Notes: generated from the sequence alone by a model not told the origin. DNA of 64,000 nucleotides from Halorutilales archaeon Cl-col2-1 (GCA_041891055.1 CP169074.1:1280001-1344000); one strand, 5' to 3'. Shown: positions 40,339 to 49,409, numbered from the stretch's first letter. Program-made: numbers and translations.

Positions 40339-41900
40339 CGCAACTCCTCTACTATGATAGCGTTCACTAACTCAGAAGCACCGTCGTACGAGTATGTTAT
40401 CTGCTTGTTTTCGAAGTCAATAGAGACATTACCCTGTAAGTATCCTTTGCGTTCTTGTTCCCGGAGATAGTCCAAGTCACCCCACTCCCAAGCTACGATA
40501 GCGTCAATAACTTCCAGATTCCTTTCCTTCTCGAAGTGATCTTGAACAGACATCTCTACTGAGGTAGCCTCAAGCCCCTGCCCATTGCGTATGAAGGCAG
40601 TTACATCGTGATCAGGTCGGTAGTCCTCAAGCTCCACTATAGGCTCTTCTTTATCACGATTGACTCTCTCAAGCGCGACGAGGAGTTCTGCTGTGTTTTC
40701 AGGCACAAATTCTGAATCCTGCCTCTTAATTAGTTTCTCACGTCTCTGCTCGACGGACTTCGACTGAGACTCAGATCTACGTTGCGCTTCTCCTCTTCGT
40801 AGCGTATCTTGGTACTTCGAGAACCACGGATCGCTACATACTTTGGAGATGTAGTGCCTGACCTCTTCCAAAAGACGGTCGTATAAATCACTACTCTTGT
40901 TGCGGATCTTACCCCTGTTGGCTGAGAGTTCAAGATCCTGACAGTTAGCCACAAAGAAGAGATGTGTGTGTTCTACGTTGTCCGGAACAACCTCATTAGC
41001 TTGTTCGACCTTGATATGATCCTTTGCTAACCAGACTCCGAACTGTGCAGAATGTTTCCCGTACGTGGCAAGTTTGTTACGTGCTCTTTTACCTCCTACC
41101 ATGCCGACAATCTCCACCTCAGAAGTACCACCATCATGCTCTACCTGCAAAGTCTTTGCAGGATAGTGCTTGCACATCCATTCTCCAGGGAACCTCCCCC
41201 CCGCAGGCTCTATCTGCTCTTCGGGAAACTCAAAGTGGTTGTTGATTCTCAGATCTTTCTGAGTATCGTCGATGTAGGCATCCAGATCAACAATTACCTC
41301 CATCTCACGGGAATCGTCTTCGAAGAAGTGAGCAGTAGATCCTGCAACTGTCTTCCACTTCAGATAGTGTTCTATCTTATTGTAGGTTAACGAACCTTCA
41401 CTAAGTCCTTTACCCGACCTGAAGCCGATAATCTCAATCTTCGTACCTTCCCGATTATCCCTCTGCTGCTCTGTGACCTCATACTCCGGTAATTCTCTCT
41501 CATTTAGCTTTTCCCAAGGTCGATTCATCTTCGCCGACAGATGTTTATCGTTCTTTGAGGTCTCAACTCGTATCTGATCACTCTTGTAGAAAATCTTAGT
41601 ACCATGTCCCTTGTACCCGATACCATCTTCTTTGTTGGAGTTTCCTAAATCAAAGAAAGACTCTAAATCGTCTTTATCCATCCCATTTCCGTCATCCTCT
41701 AAGACAATGTCCGCTCCTTCATCACGGGTACGTATTGTTATCTCGAAACGACCGGCGTCCGCATCGTATGCGTTAGATAAGGATTCTCGTATTACCTCGA
41801 GAGGATCCTCAAAATCACTAGCAATTTCCAGGAACTCGTTAACTTCGTTTACTTTCGGTGTTTTCCTCGTTTCTCCTTCCGTTTTTGTTTCTGTTTTCAT
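40335..41900 (-). CDS. GHKL (MORC-like) ATPase
   Basis: RESLSNAYDA, DDGNGM, GYKGHGTK and GTKI motifs followed by an S5-like region. Confidence 0.88.
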   Translation of the reverse strand: MKTETKTEGETRKTPKVNEVNEFLEIASDFEDPLEVIRESLSNAYDADAGRFEITIRTRDEGADIVLEDDGNGMDKDDLESFFDLGNSNKEDGIGYKGHGTKIFYKSDQIRVETSKNDKHLSAKMNRPWEKLNERELPEYEVTEQQRDNREGTKIEIIGFRSGKGLSEGSLTYNKIEHYLKWKTVAGSTAHFFEDDSREMEVIVDLDAYIDDTQKDLRINNHFEFPEEQIEPAGGRFPGEWMCKHYPAKTLQVEHDGGTSEVEIVGMVGGKRARNKLATYGKHSAQFGVWLAKDHIKVEQANEVVPDNVEHTHLFFVANCQDLELSANRGKIRNKSSDLYDRLLEEVRHYISKVCSDPWFSKYQDTLRRGEAQRRSESQSKSVEQRREKLIKRQDSEFVPENTAELLVALERVNRDKEEPIVELEDYRPDHDVTAFIRNGQGLEATSVEMSVQDHFEKERNLEVIDAIVAWEWGDLDYLREQERKGYLQGNVSIDFENKQITYSYDGASELVNAIIVEELR

Positions 41901-41901
41901 C

Positions 41902-43143
41902 TTAGAAGTAACCTCCTAATGATTCATTTACGACTCTGTGAGCGTGTTTACGTGTCGACTCCTCACGTGCAATATTATTGTCTATATAATTCCTAAGTGC
42001 ATCCTGTCCCTCCTCAATCTTGTTCCGTATCCTTTCTAATTCTCGTTTCTGAACTATTAGGTTATGCACAGCTATTGGACCGGCTATATCCTTTTCGTAC
42101 TTCGTATTTCCTTTCATACGACTCACAAGCTCATCAGAGCTGCATACAGGACAGTCGCATTCCTCGTAATTAGCTTCGTCTTTATGTACTGTCTTCGTCA
42201 GGGATGTCGAATACTTTCCATTTATCCCCCCACGCATATACGAAGATGAGTCAAAAGTATCCACACCCAAAGCGGCAAGTAGAGGTATAGCCCCTTTGGA
42301 GATTCCAAAAACGTGTAATGGGAGATCTTCTAATCCTTCTTCTTGCATTACCTCCTTACACCCGATAACTGCCTCGATAAGGGTATCACGGTCATCTTTC
42401 TTTGGAACTAGCCCACCTAGTGCGATACCGTCAAACGAATTATATATTCTCTGTATACCCATCTCGTCTTTAAGATGAGTTAAGAAAGTTTTGATCATCG
42501 AATAGTTATAGCCATGTAATGTGAGATACTTGGCCCCAGCATAGCCTGAGGACAGTTCTGCAAATTGACGAGCGTCTTTACCAGTCTTCCTCGCTTTTCT
42601 TATTCTATCGTCATGGTTATCCTCAGGTGAGATAGGACGATCAAGATTTACGAGAATATCTCCTCCCAACTTTCTCTGCATTTCGTATATCCTCTCCTGA
42701 TTCATCTCTATCTCAAAGTCACTCCCATCAAGCTTCCCTTTCCTTAGTATTTGAAAACCTCCAGAATCAATAAATATCATACCATTAAATCCCTCAAATA
42801 CGTCTCGCGCTTTGATTGGTTCAGAAAGATAGTCTCGGAGATAGTTTCTACTAATTCCATATTGAGTTAGTGATGATATCGACATCATAGCAGTATCAAA
42901 ATATTCACTGCAGTCAACGCTGTCAACCCTATCAGCACCCACCATCAATTCTTTGACTGTCCTGTGAACGCTCCCCCCAAACATACTGGAAGCACGCCCT
43001 CCACCATAGAAATTCACTACAGGAAAAAGATTTGGCGTCTCAATTTCGGCTGTTCCAGCAGACAAAGTTCCTGTCCTAGCATCACCAGTAGTAGAAGATA
43101 CTTCAAATGAGACTTCCTGCGAACCCATACCTATACTACTCAT
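41902..43143 (-). CDS. tRNA-guanine transglycosylase-like protein (DpdA-like), no PUA domain
   Basis: ARTG..ETP, DSGGFQ, D..VNLD, LHG, GGLVP, HVFG, DTFDSS, CDCPVC..HN (Zn site). Confidence 0.9.
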   Translation of the reverse strand: MSSIGMGSQEVSFEVSSTTGDARTGTLSAGTAEIETPNLFPVVNFYGGGRASSMFGGSVHRTVKELMVGADRVDSVDCSEYFDTAMMSISSLTQYGISRNYLRDYLSEPIKARDVFEGFNGMIFIDSGGFQILRKGKLDGSDFEIEMNQERIYEMQRKLGGDILVNLDRPISPEDNHDDRIRKARKTGKDARQFAELSSGYAGAKYLTLHGYNYSMIKTFLTHLKDEMGIQRIYNSFDGIALGGLVPKKDDRDTLIEAVIGCKEVMQEEGLEDLPLHVFGISKGAIPLLAALGVDTFDSSSYMRGGINGKYSTSLTKTVHKDEANYEECDCPVCSSDELVSRMKGNTKYEKDIAGPIAVHNLIVQKRELERIRNKIEEGQDALRNYIDNNIAREESTRKHAHRVVNESLGGYF

Positions 43144-43589
43144 GCTTTAATCACTCTCTTATCTCGAACGAATTTTTTTAATACATGCCCACGTTCACCG
43201 AGACCTCCCTCTAGCATTATCACTTCAGCATCTGTCTTGGATTCTATTCCATCTATTGCTCTACGGTATAGCTCCCCCATATTAATGACAACTTTACTGT
43301 AGTCGTTCTTCTCAATTGTCCTAGATAATTCGTGCACAACGTCGGTATTAAGCTCGTCGGCACGTGAGGCAGTCATCTTTTTATCATACGTTACTATTTT
43401 CTCCTCTGGATCCAGCAATCCATATTCCGCAGAAAGTATACATATATCAATATCATCGTCGTATTCCCCCTCCCGTCTTGCTTTTTTAATTATCTTGTAA
43501 TAGTATCCAGAATATAGATCAAAGGCAGGAACCGGTTCAGAAACTGACTTCTTCGAGCTAGAGCAACTTTGAACGAGTAGTGTCGACAT
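43140..43589 (-). CDS. DUF6884 / YaaA-like protein (possible DpdC counterpart)
   Basis: LLVQSCSSSK..A.DLYSG..ILSAEYGL..YD..M motif, sandwiched between the two TGT genes. Confidence 0.7.
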   Translation of the reverse strand: MSTLLVQSCSSSKKSVSEPVPAFDLYSGYYYKIIKKARREGEYDDDIDICILSAEYGLLDPEEKIVTYDKKMTASRADELNTDVVHELSRTIEKNDYSKVVINMGELYRRAIDGIESKTDAEVIMLEGGLGERGHVLKKFVRDKRVIKA

Positions 43590-43626
43590 CTGTAGAATAC
43601 GTTTTAATCACCGAGACCTATATAAC

Positions 43627-45624
43627 TTACTCAACTGACGGACTGATTCCCCTCAAGTGACTGACTAACTCCTCTATATTGGACTTTCGAAAATGTTCTC
43701 TAAGTTTCAGGATGTTCGGATCATCTGGCAACACAGTTCCATCACCATATCTAGAAAAGGCTTCATCTACTGCTTCTCTGTAGTTTTTACTAACCACATA
43801 TCCTAAGATTTCATCGTATTCATCTCCATACTGCTCAAGATACTCAGTTAATCTCTTCGTGATCAAATCCTTCTGACCTTCATCCTCAGAAGTTAATACA
43901 TATTCGTACTCTAAAACCGCCTGTTCTTCTTCGTATTCTTCAGGAACTGGCCCAAACATACCCGAAAGGGTTACTTTATGTATATCATTACGCATAGAGG
44001 AAACTTCATCAAGCACTGCTCTCTGTGTACGTGATGACCCATAGGGCTTCTCTTTACTGCACGGTAAGATCAATAAGATAGGTTTGTCTGGTGGGGAGTA
44101 ATTTCTCTGTAATATATTGAAACTATTCGCTCCATGCTCAAGAGATATTGTTCGATTAGTTGTGCCCCCCTTCACTCCGGCATCAAATCTATCTAATTTA
44201 GACTGGTGTTTCGTCATCTTAGACCCAGGCAAAAGATCATAATCACCTCTGTCCTCAATATCTTTCCTTAGCTTTTCATCCCTGACTTGCGCTTGTTTTA
44301 GTCCTTTTTGGATCCCATTGTCTTCGCGTGCGAATTCAATAACATAATCAAGAAGATTTCCATTCTTAATAGCCTCTTGAACCCGCCTTACTTCTCTGTT
44401 ATATACCTCGAAGTTATGACGAGCAAGCCATCCGTAGTATTTGCTCTTCGTGAACCCATCAGTTCCATATGTCGGCTCACGTTCTATATACTCATTTAAT
44501 TTTTTAAGAGAGAGTCTATTTCCTTCCTCATCAAGAGCCTCAGATTCCTCACTACATAGTGGACATCCATCTATATTACACGGGAATGTGTCTTTTTCCT
44601 CTGCTAGTTCACTTAATTCTACTCTCTCCCACGTTTCAGGTATAATATACTTCCTGAATTTAGCAGCTTGAACATGGCTTGAGCAATCAAATGAATCAAC
44701 CCCTAGAAGAGAAAGAATACCCGCTTGTTTACCTCCTACTCCAAAAGAATGTAAAGCTATTTTATCCTTCTTTTCCTCTGGAATAGCATCTTTAGCTCCT
44801 TGGATTATATCAACCAGAGTCTTTGTTTTGCTTCGAAGGGGTACTAAAGATCCAATGGCAAATCCATGAAAAGGTTGCTGTACGTTTTCCTCCTCAATAC
44901 GTTCAAGGAAATTCATCACATACCAGTTCATTGTCTCATAGTCATGTCCATGAATAGCAACAAAAACAGCTGGGTCAGCTACTTTCTTCTGCTTCTTTAA
45001 ACGGCGTATACTTTCTTTATCTTGTTCAGAACGTATTTCTATCTTATCAGGGCCCTCAATAAGTTTTAAACAGCGTACAGCACTTTCGATACTTTGATTC
45101 ATTCGGTCAATCTTTTCCCCTTCTTTTAGATTCTGTGGGATTGGATAATCAAGGGTAGCTATAATATCAGCCCCAAAGTCCGTCTGTAATTTCAAAATGC
45201 TGTCAGGATCTGTATATATACCCCATTCATTTTCTTCACCTCCTTCGTCAGGAGCTAGTCCAAATGTCTTAGAATTCATTAATTTAAATCCGCCAGAATC
45301 AATAAAAAGAGGTGCATTCATGTCAACACGACTTTCTAAATGTTCTCGAAGAGTTTTTTTACGCCATTTCTCGTTAAGATTCTTGGGAGAGACCCCATAC
45401 TCAGTAAAGCTCATAGCTTGAAACATAATGCCCTGAAGATCGTCTTCATCAAGTATATTATCCCGGAAGTGCCTCCATATTGATCCAGAGTCTAAAGTAG
45501 TGCCGCCAATTAGATTTATAACAGGGAAAAGAGCAGGTGTATTAACCTCCCCATTACGGACAGAAAGGGTGCCAAGCCTACCATAGCCATCATCACTGAC
45601 TTCATCAATAGAAAACTCCGTCAT
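43627..45624 (-). CDS. TGT-like protein fused to C-terminal ArcS-like (DUF5591) domain
   Basis: DSGGFK, TLDYP, IHG, GSLVP, HSFG, DSFDCS, C..GCPLC..HN; C-terminal LILPCSKEKPYGSS..FGPVPEE. Confidence 0.88.
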   Translation of the reverse strand: MTEFSIDEVSDDGYGRLGTLSVRNGEVNTPALFPVINLIGGTTLDSGSIWRHFRDNILDEDDLQGIMFQAMSFTEYGVSPKNLNEKWRKKTLREHLESRVDMNAPLFIDSGGFKLMNSKTFGLAPDEGGEENEWGIYTDPDSILKLQTDFGADIIATLDYPIPQNLKEGEKIDRMNQSIESAVRCLKLIEGPDKIEIRSEQDKESIRRLKKQKKVADPAVFVAIHGHDYETMNWYVMNFLERIEEENVQQPFHGFAIGSLVPLRSKTKTLVDIIQGAKDAIPEEKKDKIALHSFGVGGKQAGILSLLGVDSFDCSSHVQAAKFRKYIIPETWERVELSELAEEKDTFPCNIDGCPLCSEESEALDEEGNRLSLKKLNEYIEREPTYGTDGFTKSKYYGWLARHNFEVYNREVRRVQEAIKNGNLLDYVIEFAREDNGIQKGLKQAQVRDEKLRKDIEDRGDYDLLPGSKMTKHQSKLDRFDAGVKGGTTNRTISLEHGANSFNILQRNYSPPDKPILLILPCSKEKPYGSSRTQRAVLDEVSSMRNDIHKVTLSGMFGPVPEEYEEEQAVLEYEYVLTSEDEGQKDLITKRLTEYLEQYGDEYDEILGYVVSKNYREAVDEAFSRYGDGTVLPDDPNILKLREHFRKSNIEELVSHLRGISPSVE

Positions 45625-45733
45625 ATCTATACAGTAGATACTAAGAGAATTAGAGCTTTCGGAAAGGTGTATCCGAAACTTCAGGTATATTGGGAGACTT
45701 GAAAAGTATAGGAGTAGTTCAATAAGCTACGCC

Positions 45734-46411
45734 ATGACAGAAAATAACCAAGCTATAGCGATACCTCAAATATCACTAATTGCTCTGTTTGTCACTGCGT
45801 TAATTACTGCTCAAGTAACTGCCTCGAAGGTTATAGAGATCGGACTACCATTCGGATTACCAGTAACGGGGGAGTCAATAATAGTCCCAGCAGCAGTTTT
45901 TGCATACGCTCTTACTTTCTTCTCCTCTGACTGCTATGCTGAACTCTACGGTAAGCAAGCAGCACAAGCTCTTGTTAACGTCGCATTCATCATGAATTTC
46001 GTTCTATTAGCTCTAGTTTGGCTCGCTATATACGCACCTATCTTTCCAGATTCTCCTGTCGGACAAAATGAATTTGTCCAGACTCTTGGTGCTAGTACTG
46101 GAATAGTCATGGGGAGTTTATTAGCGTATATCGTAAGTCAAAACTGGGATGTTATAGTGTTCCACCGTCTCAAGAACTTTTCTGACGGAGATGATCTATG
46201 GCTTCGTAACATTATCTCTACTTCCACGAGTCAGCTAATAGATACAGTTATATTCATCTCAATTGCATTTATTGTCTTCCAAGGATTGTCTCTTGAAGCA
46301 GGAATAGCTCTCCTCATCGGACAATATGTATTCAAACTGCTTATAGCAGTACTCGACACACCATTTGTGTACATAGTAGTGGGTATAATAAGATCCAATC
46401 AAGATGGATAG
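45734..46411 (+). CDS. Queuosine-precursor (preQ0/preQ1) transporter, YhhQ/COG1738 family
   Basis: SDCYAELYG, YIVSQNWDV, WLRNIISTSTSQLIDTVIF, DTPF. Confidence 0.9.
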   Translation: MTENNQAIAIPQISLIALFVTALITAQVTASKVIEIGLPFGLPVTGESIIVPAAVFAYALTFFSSDCYAELYGKQAAQALVNVAFIMNFVLLALVWLAIYAPIFPDSPVGQNEFVQTLGASTGIVMGSLLAYIVSQNWDVIVFHRLKNFSDGDDLWLRNIISTSTSQLIDTVIFISIAFIVFQGLSLEAGIALLIGQYVFKLLIAVLDTPFVYIVVGIIRSNQDG

Positions 46412-46447
46412 TAACTCAATAGTCTAACAAGAAGTATCCATGAAGTG

Positions 46448-46590
46448 AGTGTGAGTACGCGCGTAAAGTCGACATCGACAAAGATGTCAAGCTGTTTCGT
46501 CTCCAGGGACTCAAGTATCAGCTCGCTATCTTCGTGACTGACAAAGCTGAAGAACTTGAAAAAACAGAATAGAAGAGCTTACGAGTTTTC
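46448..46590 (+). pseudogene. Decayed copy of the 3' end of the gene at 48930-49409
   Basis: Aligns with ~49230-49385, including the shared TCGTCTCCAGGGACTCAA, with indels. Confidence 0.75.
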
Positions 46591-46699
46591 GTGTGGGGTC
46601 AGAGATAGAAAGATAAGTCTGTCTTTGGGTTAGTCAGCTAGCCAACAATTTGTAGTCTGTTGGTTAGATAGAGTAGGTTCATTCTCCAGATCAAAAGTG

Positions 46700-46757
46700 G
46701 TAAGTTGAGTCAGGTGACTCAGCTTAACAGCTTATCTAACTACCCCGCTTTGGAGTG
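46700..46757 (+). other. dif-like recombination site B with outer accessory box
   Basis: GTAAGTTGAGT-CAGGTG-ACTCAGCTTAA (46700-46727), 16 bp, then CCCGCTTTGGAGTG (46744-46757), the reverse complement of the box at site A. Confidence 0.7.
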
Positions 46758-46866
46758 TATTTCTGATTTAGCTAACCAACATTTATAGTTAGATCTCCGA
46801 GGATGTTGGTTAGTTCTGGTAACAAAAATTGAGTAGAATGGATTCAAGAAGAGCTATTCAGACTAA

Positions 46867-47079
46867 TTATTCCTCACGCGGATCTTTATTGAACTCATAT
46901 AGACCTCTAGCGACTTTCTTTATCCACCCTGCATCAGTAAGACGGCGTAGACAGTATTCCACATTCCCTTTTTCCATGCCGGTTTCATTAATTATGAAGC
47001 GAGGATTTGCTCGACCTTTCTTTAACACATTCAGAACCTCTTCACACCTTTCCGACGGCTCGAAGTCTTCGTTTACCAT
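46867..47079 (-). CDS. Small winged-helix protein (phiH repressor-like)
   Basis: GRANP..I..ETG....VEY.LRRL..AGWI.KV.RGLYE pattern typical of haloarchaeal mobile elements. Confidence 0.75.
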   Translation of the reverse strand: MVNEDFEPSERCEEVLNVLKKGRANPRFIINETGMEKGNVEYCLRRLTDAGWIKKVARGLYEFNKDPREE

Positions 47080-47403
47080 TTCTACACTGTCCCTAGTACT
47101 CGTGGTACAAAATAGACTTTGATATGTAATATAGTTTGTGTAGAGTTTTGTTATCTACTTTGTAATACCAAGCTTTATGTGGACAGGGTATATATAGAAT
47201 ATTGAGCGCGGTGTCACTGATTCAGTATGAAGTGGTCAGGGTGTTGGAGCACCCTAACCGCGCTTCCCTATGGTGTGAGAAGCAATGAAAGCTACGAATA
47301 CGACCCAGAAAGATGTATCGCTGTTAGAGCAGCTGCTAGATGGAGCAGATGTTGGAGTAAGAGAGTCAAATGAAAAACAAAAGAGTACTCCTCTCAGCTA
47401 AAA

Positions 47404-47652
47404 ATGACTTCCGGGAAACAAACAGACAAGCAAGACCTGATCGACGAGCTGAAGAGGCTAGCAGATATGACAGACGACGAACCCAAAGTCAAGCATGTCC
47501 GCAAGTATGGCGAATATTCCTATACAGCGTACAGGCGTTACTTTGATTCTTGGGAAGAGGCTCTCGATGCTGCTGGTATCACTGAAAAATCAAGCGAAAT
47601 TAAGATCGAAATCAAAATCGAGTTAGACAAAACCTTTTCTTTCTCTATCTGA
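47404..47652 (+). CDS. Homing-endonuclease-associated repeat protein
   Basis: LIDELKRLA..P...GEYS..AY.RYFDSWEEALDAAG. Confidence 0.7.
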   Translation: MTSGKQTDKQDLIDELKRLADMTDDEPKVKHVRKYGEYSYTAYRRYFDSWEEALDAAGITEKSSEIKIEIKIELDKTFSFSI

Positions 47653-47840
47653 GAATCTTTTGACCTGGGTCAGTTGACCCATCCTATCCTCTCATACTTC
47701 TTTACGACACAAAACTAGCCTCCTACACATATTCAAAAGAAAGTATTTAGAGACCTCTAAATAACGAAAACATATATGCTGAATATTACTTTACCTTCTC
47801 CAAAGTCTTTAAATCCATACACATCAAAGATCTATGTAGT

Positions 47841-48296
47841 ATGACTTACGAGAACCTTGATCTCAAAATCATAAACCTGCTCGAGGACGATGCACGTAGA
47901 AGTCTTAGGAGCCTAGCCGAAGAGCTCGATGTCTCGGTCACAACTGTAAGCAACCATCTTGAGAACATGCAAGAGGAGGGTATAGTAAAAGGCTTCAAAC
48001 CAGTCGTCAACTACGACGAACTCGGTTACGGCGTCACAGCCACAGTGATGATAAAAGCCGAGGGTAACAGCATCCTCGATCTCACAGAAGACCTCAAAGA
48101 CATAGACTCGTTCTTGAGTGTCTATGAGGTCACAGGAGAGTTCGACATAATCGCTATAGGCAAGTTCGAGAGCACGGAGGCAATGAACAACGTAATCAAG
48201 AACCTCTTAGAGAATCCCAACATAGCTGAGACCAACACCAACGTCGTCTTAGAAACTCACAAAGAAAACGAAGACATCGAGTTCGAAGTAGAATAG
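47841..48296 (+). CDS. Lrp/AsnC family transcriptional regulator
   Basis: LDLKIINLL.DARRSLRSLAEELDVS HTH and the VYEVTGEFD effector domain. Confidence 0.92.
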   Translation: MTYENLDLKIINLLEDDARRSLRSLAEELDVSVTTVSNHLENMQEEGIVKGFKPVVNYDELGYGVTATVMIKAEGNSILDLTEDLKDIDSFLSVYEVTGEFDIIAIGKFESTEAMNNVIKNLLENPNIAETNTNVVLETHKENEDIEFEVE

Positions 48297-48512
48297 AAGA
48301 CTACTACTCTAACTGTATTCAGCTAAGTCTGCTAGTTCTTGGGTCTCATAAGCTTTTCAAGAGTAGATCTTTTCTCTGGGAGTAGTCACATAGAGAAATA
48401 CTGGTTAGCTCAGACACGTTACACTCCAAAGCGGGAGTGTGAAGACGGTTCGAAGATGAAATTCGACTCTAGTTCAGGTTAGCTTTAAATAACAGACGTA
48501 TAATTTCTGAAT

Positions 48513-48776
48513 GTGTCCTCCGAAAATATAGAAGACATACGCCAAGAGTACCGACAGCGCATCGACGATCTCCTAAAAGAAAAATCCGACAAGAAGCATA
48601 TCACACTCAAACATGTCCGAAAAGCTGTCCTACGAGAAGAACACAAAACCGAGAAAGGCGGCTACTATATGACCTTACCTCGACGTATACTCAAAGAAGA
48701 CCTCGACGTCGACTGGTGGCGAGAAGGACAGTACGCCACCTTAGTTAACCCGTACTTCAAAAAAGAGAACGATTGA
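48513..48776 (+). CDS. Hypothetical protein
   Basis: 87-aa ORF with TTTAAATA TATA-like box ~28 bp upstream. Confidence 0.55.
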   Translation: MSSENIEDIRQEYRQRIDDLLKEKSDKKHITLKHVRKAVLREEHKTEKGGYYMTLPRRILKEDLDVDWWREGQYATLVNPYFKKEND

Positions 48777-48783
48777 CACAAAA

Positions 48784-49409
48784 ATGACCTTCAGCGACGT
48801 CTGGTACACTCTCTTAGAGGAACTCGAAGACTTCTCCGAAGATACTACCATAACCACACCGATAACCAACAAGAAACTCTCGAACGTTACGACGTCGATG
48901 AAATAGAGAGCGTAGATACTGACGAACTCGTGAACTTCTACACTCTCCTCTCAGACGTACAGCGTGGTGCTGATAATCTACGCAAGGAGGTGAGCCAAGA
49001 GCTCTTAGACCGGGTAGAGGACGACTCGCCTGTGCACGGACAGTTCGGTTCAGTCTCGAAGACAACACGGAGAGTACGGGATCTACGTGATGAAGACGAG
49101 GTAGCACAGGTGTTAGAAGAGTCTGGTGTACCCAGAGAGAAAATTACGGGAGTCGTTGAGGACAAAGTTAGAGAGGCTCTCGAAGTCGCTGACATCCCAG
49201 AAGACGAGGTCTACGAGATAGAAGAAAGAGAGTATGTGCGTAAAGCCGACGTCGACGAGGACGTCAAGGAGTCTCGTCTCCAGGGACTCAAAGATCAACT
49301 CGCCGCCTTCGAGACTGACGAGGCTGAAGAGCTGCGTGACGAGGTCGAAGAGCTAGAGAATAGGATAGAAGAGCTCACTAGCTTTAGAGCAGGATCTAGT
49401 TTTGAGTAG
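48784..49409 (+). pseudogene. Haloarchaeal island protein; 5' part disrupted, 3' 159 codons open
   Basis: MTFSDVWYTLLEEL start is followed by stops; the open 3' part is acidic and coiled-coil-like. Confidence 0.55.

Noticed and set aside
41902-45624. Housekeeping archaeosine tgtA/arcS genes
   Set aside because: No PUA domains, low GC, and operonic linkage to nucleases inside an island. Not formally excluded without a phylogeny.
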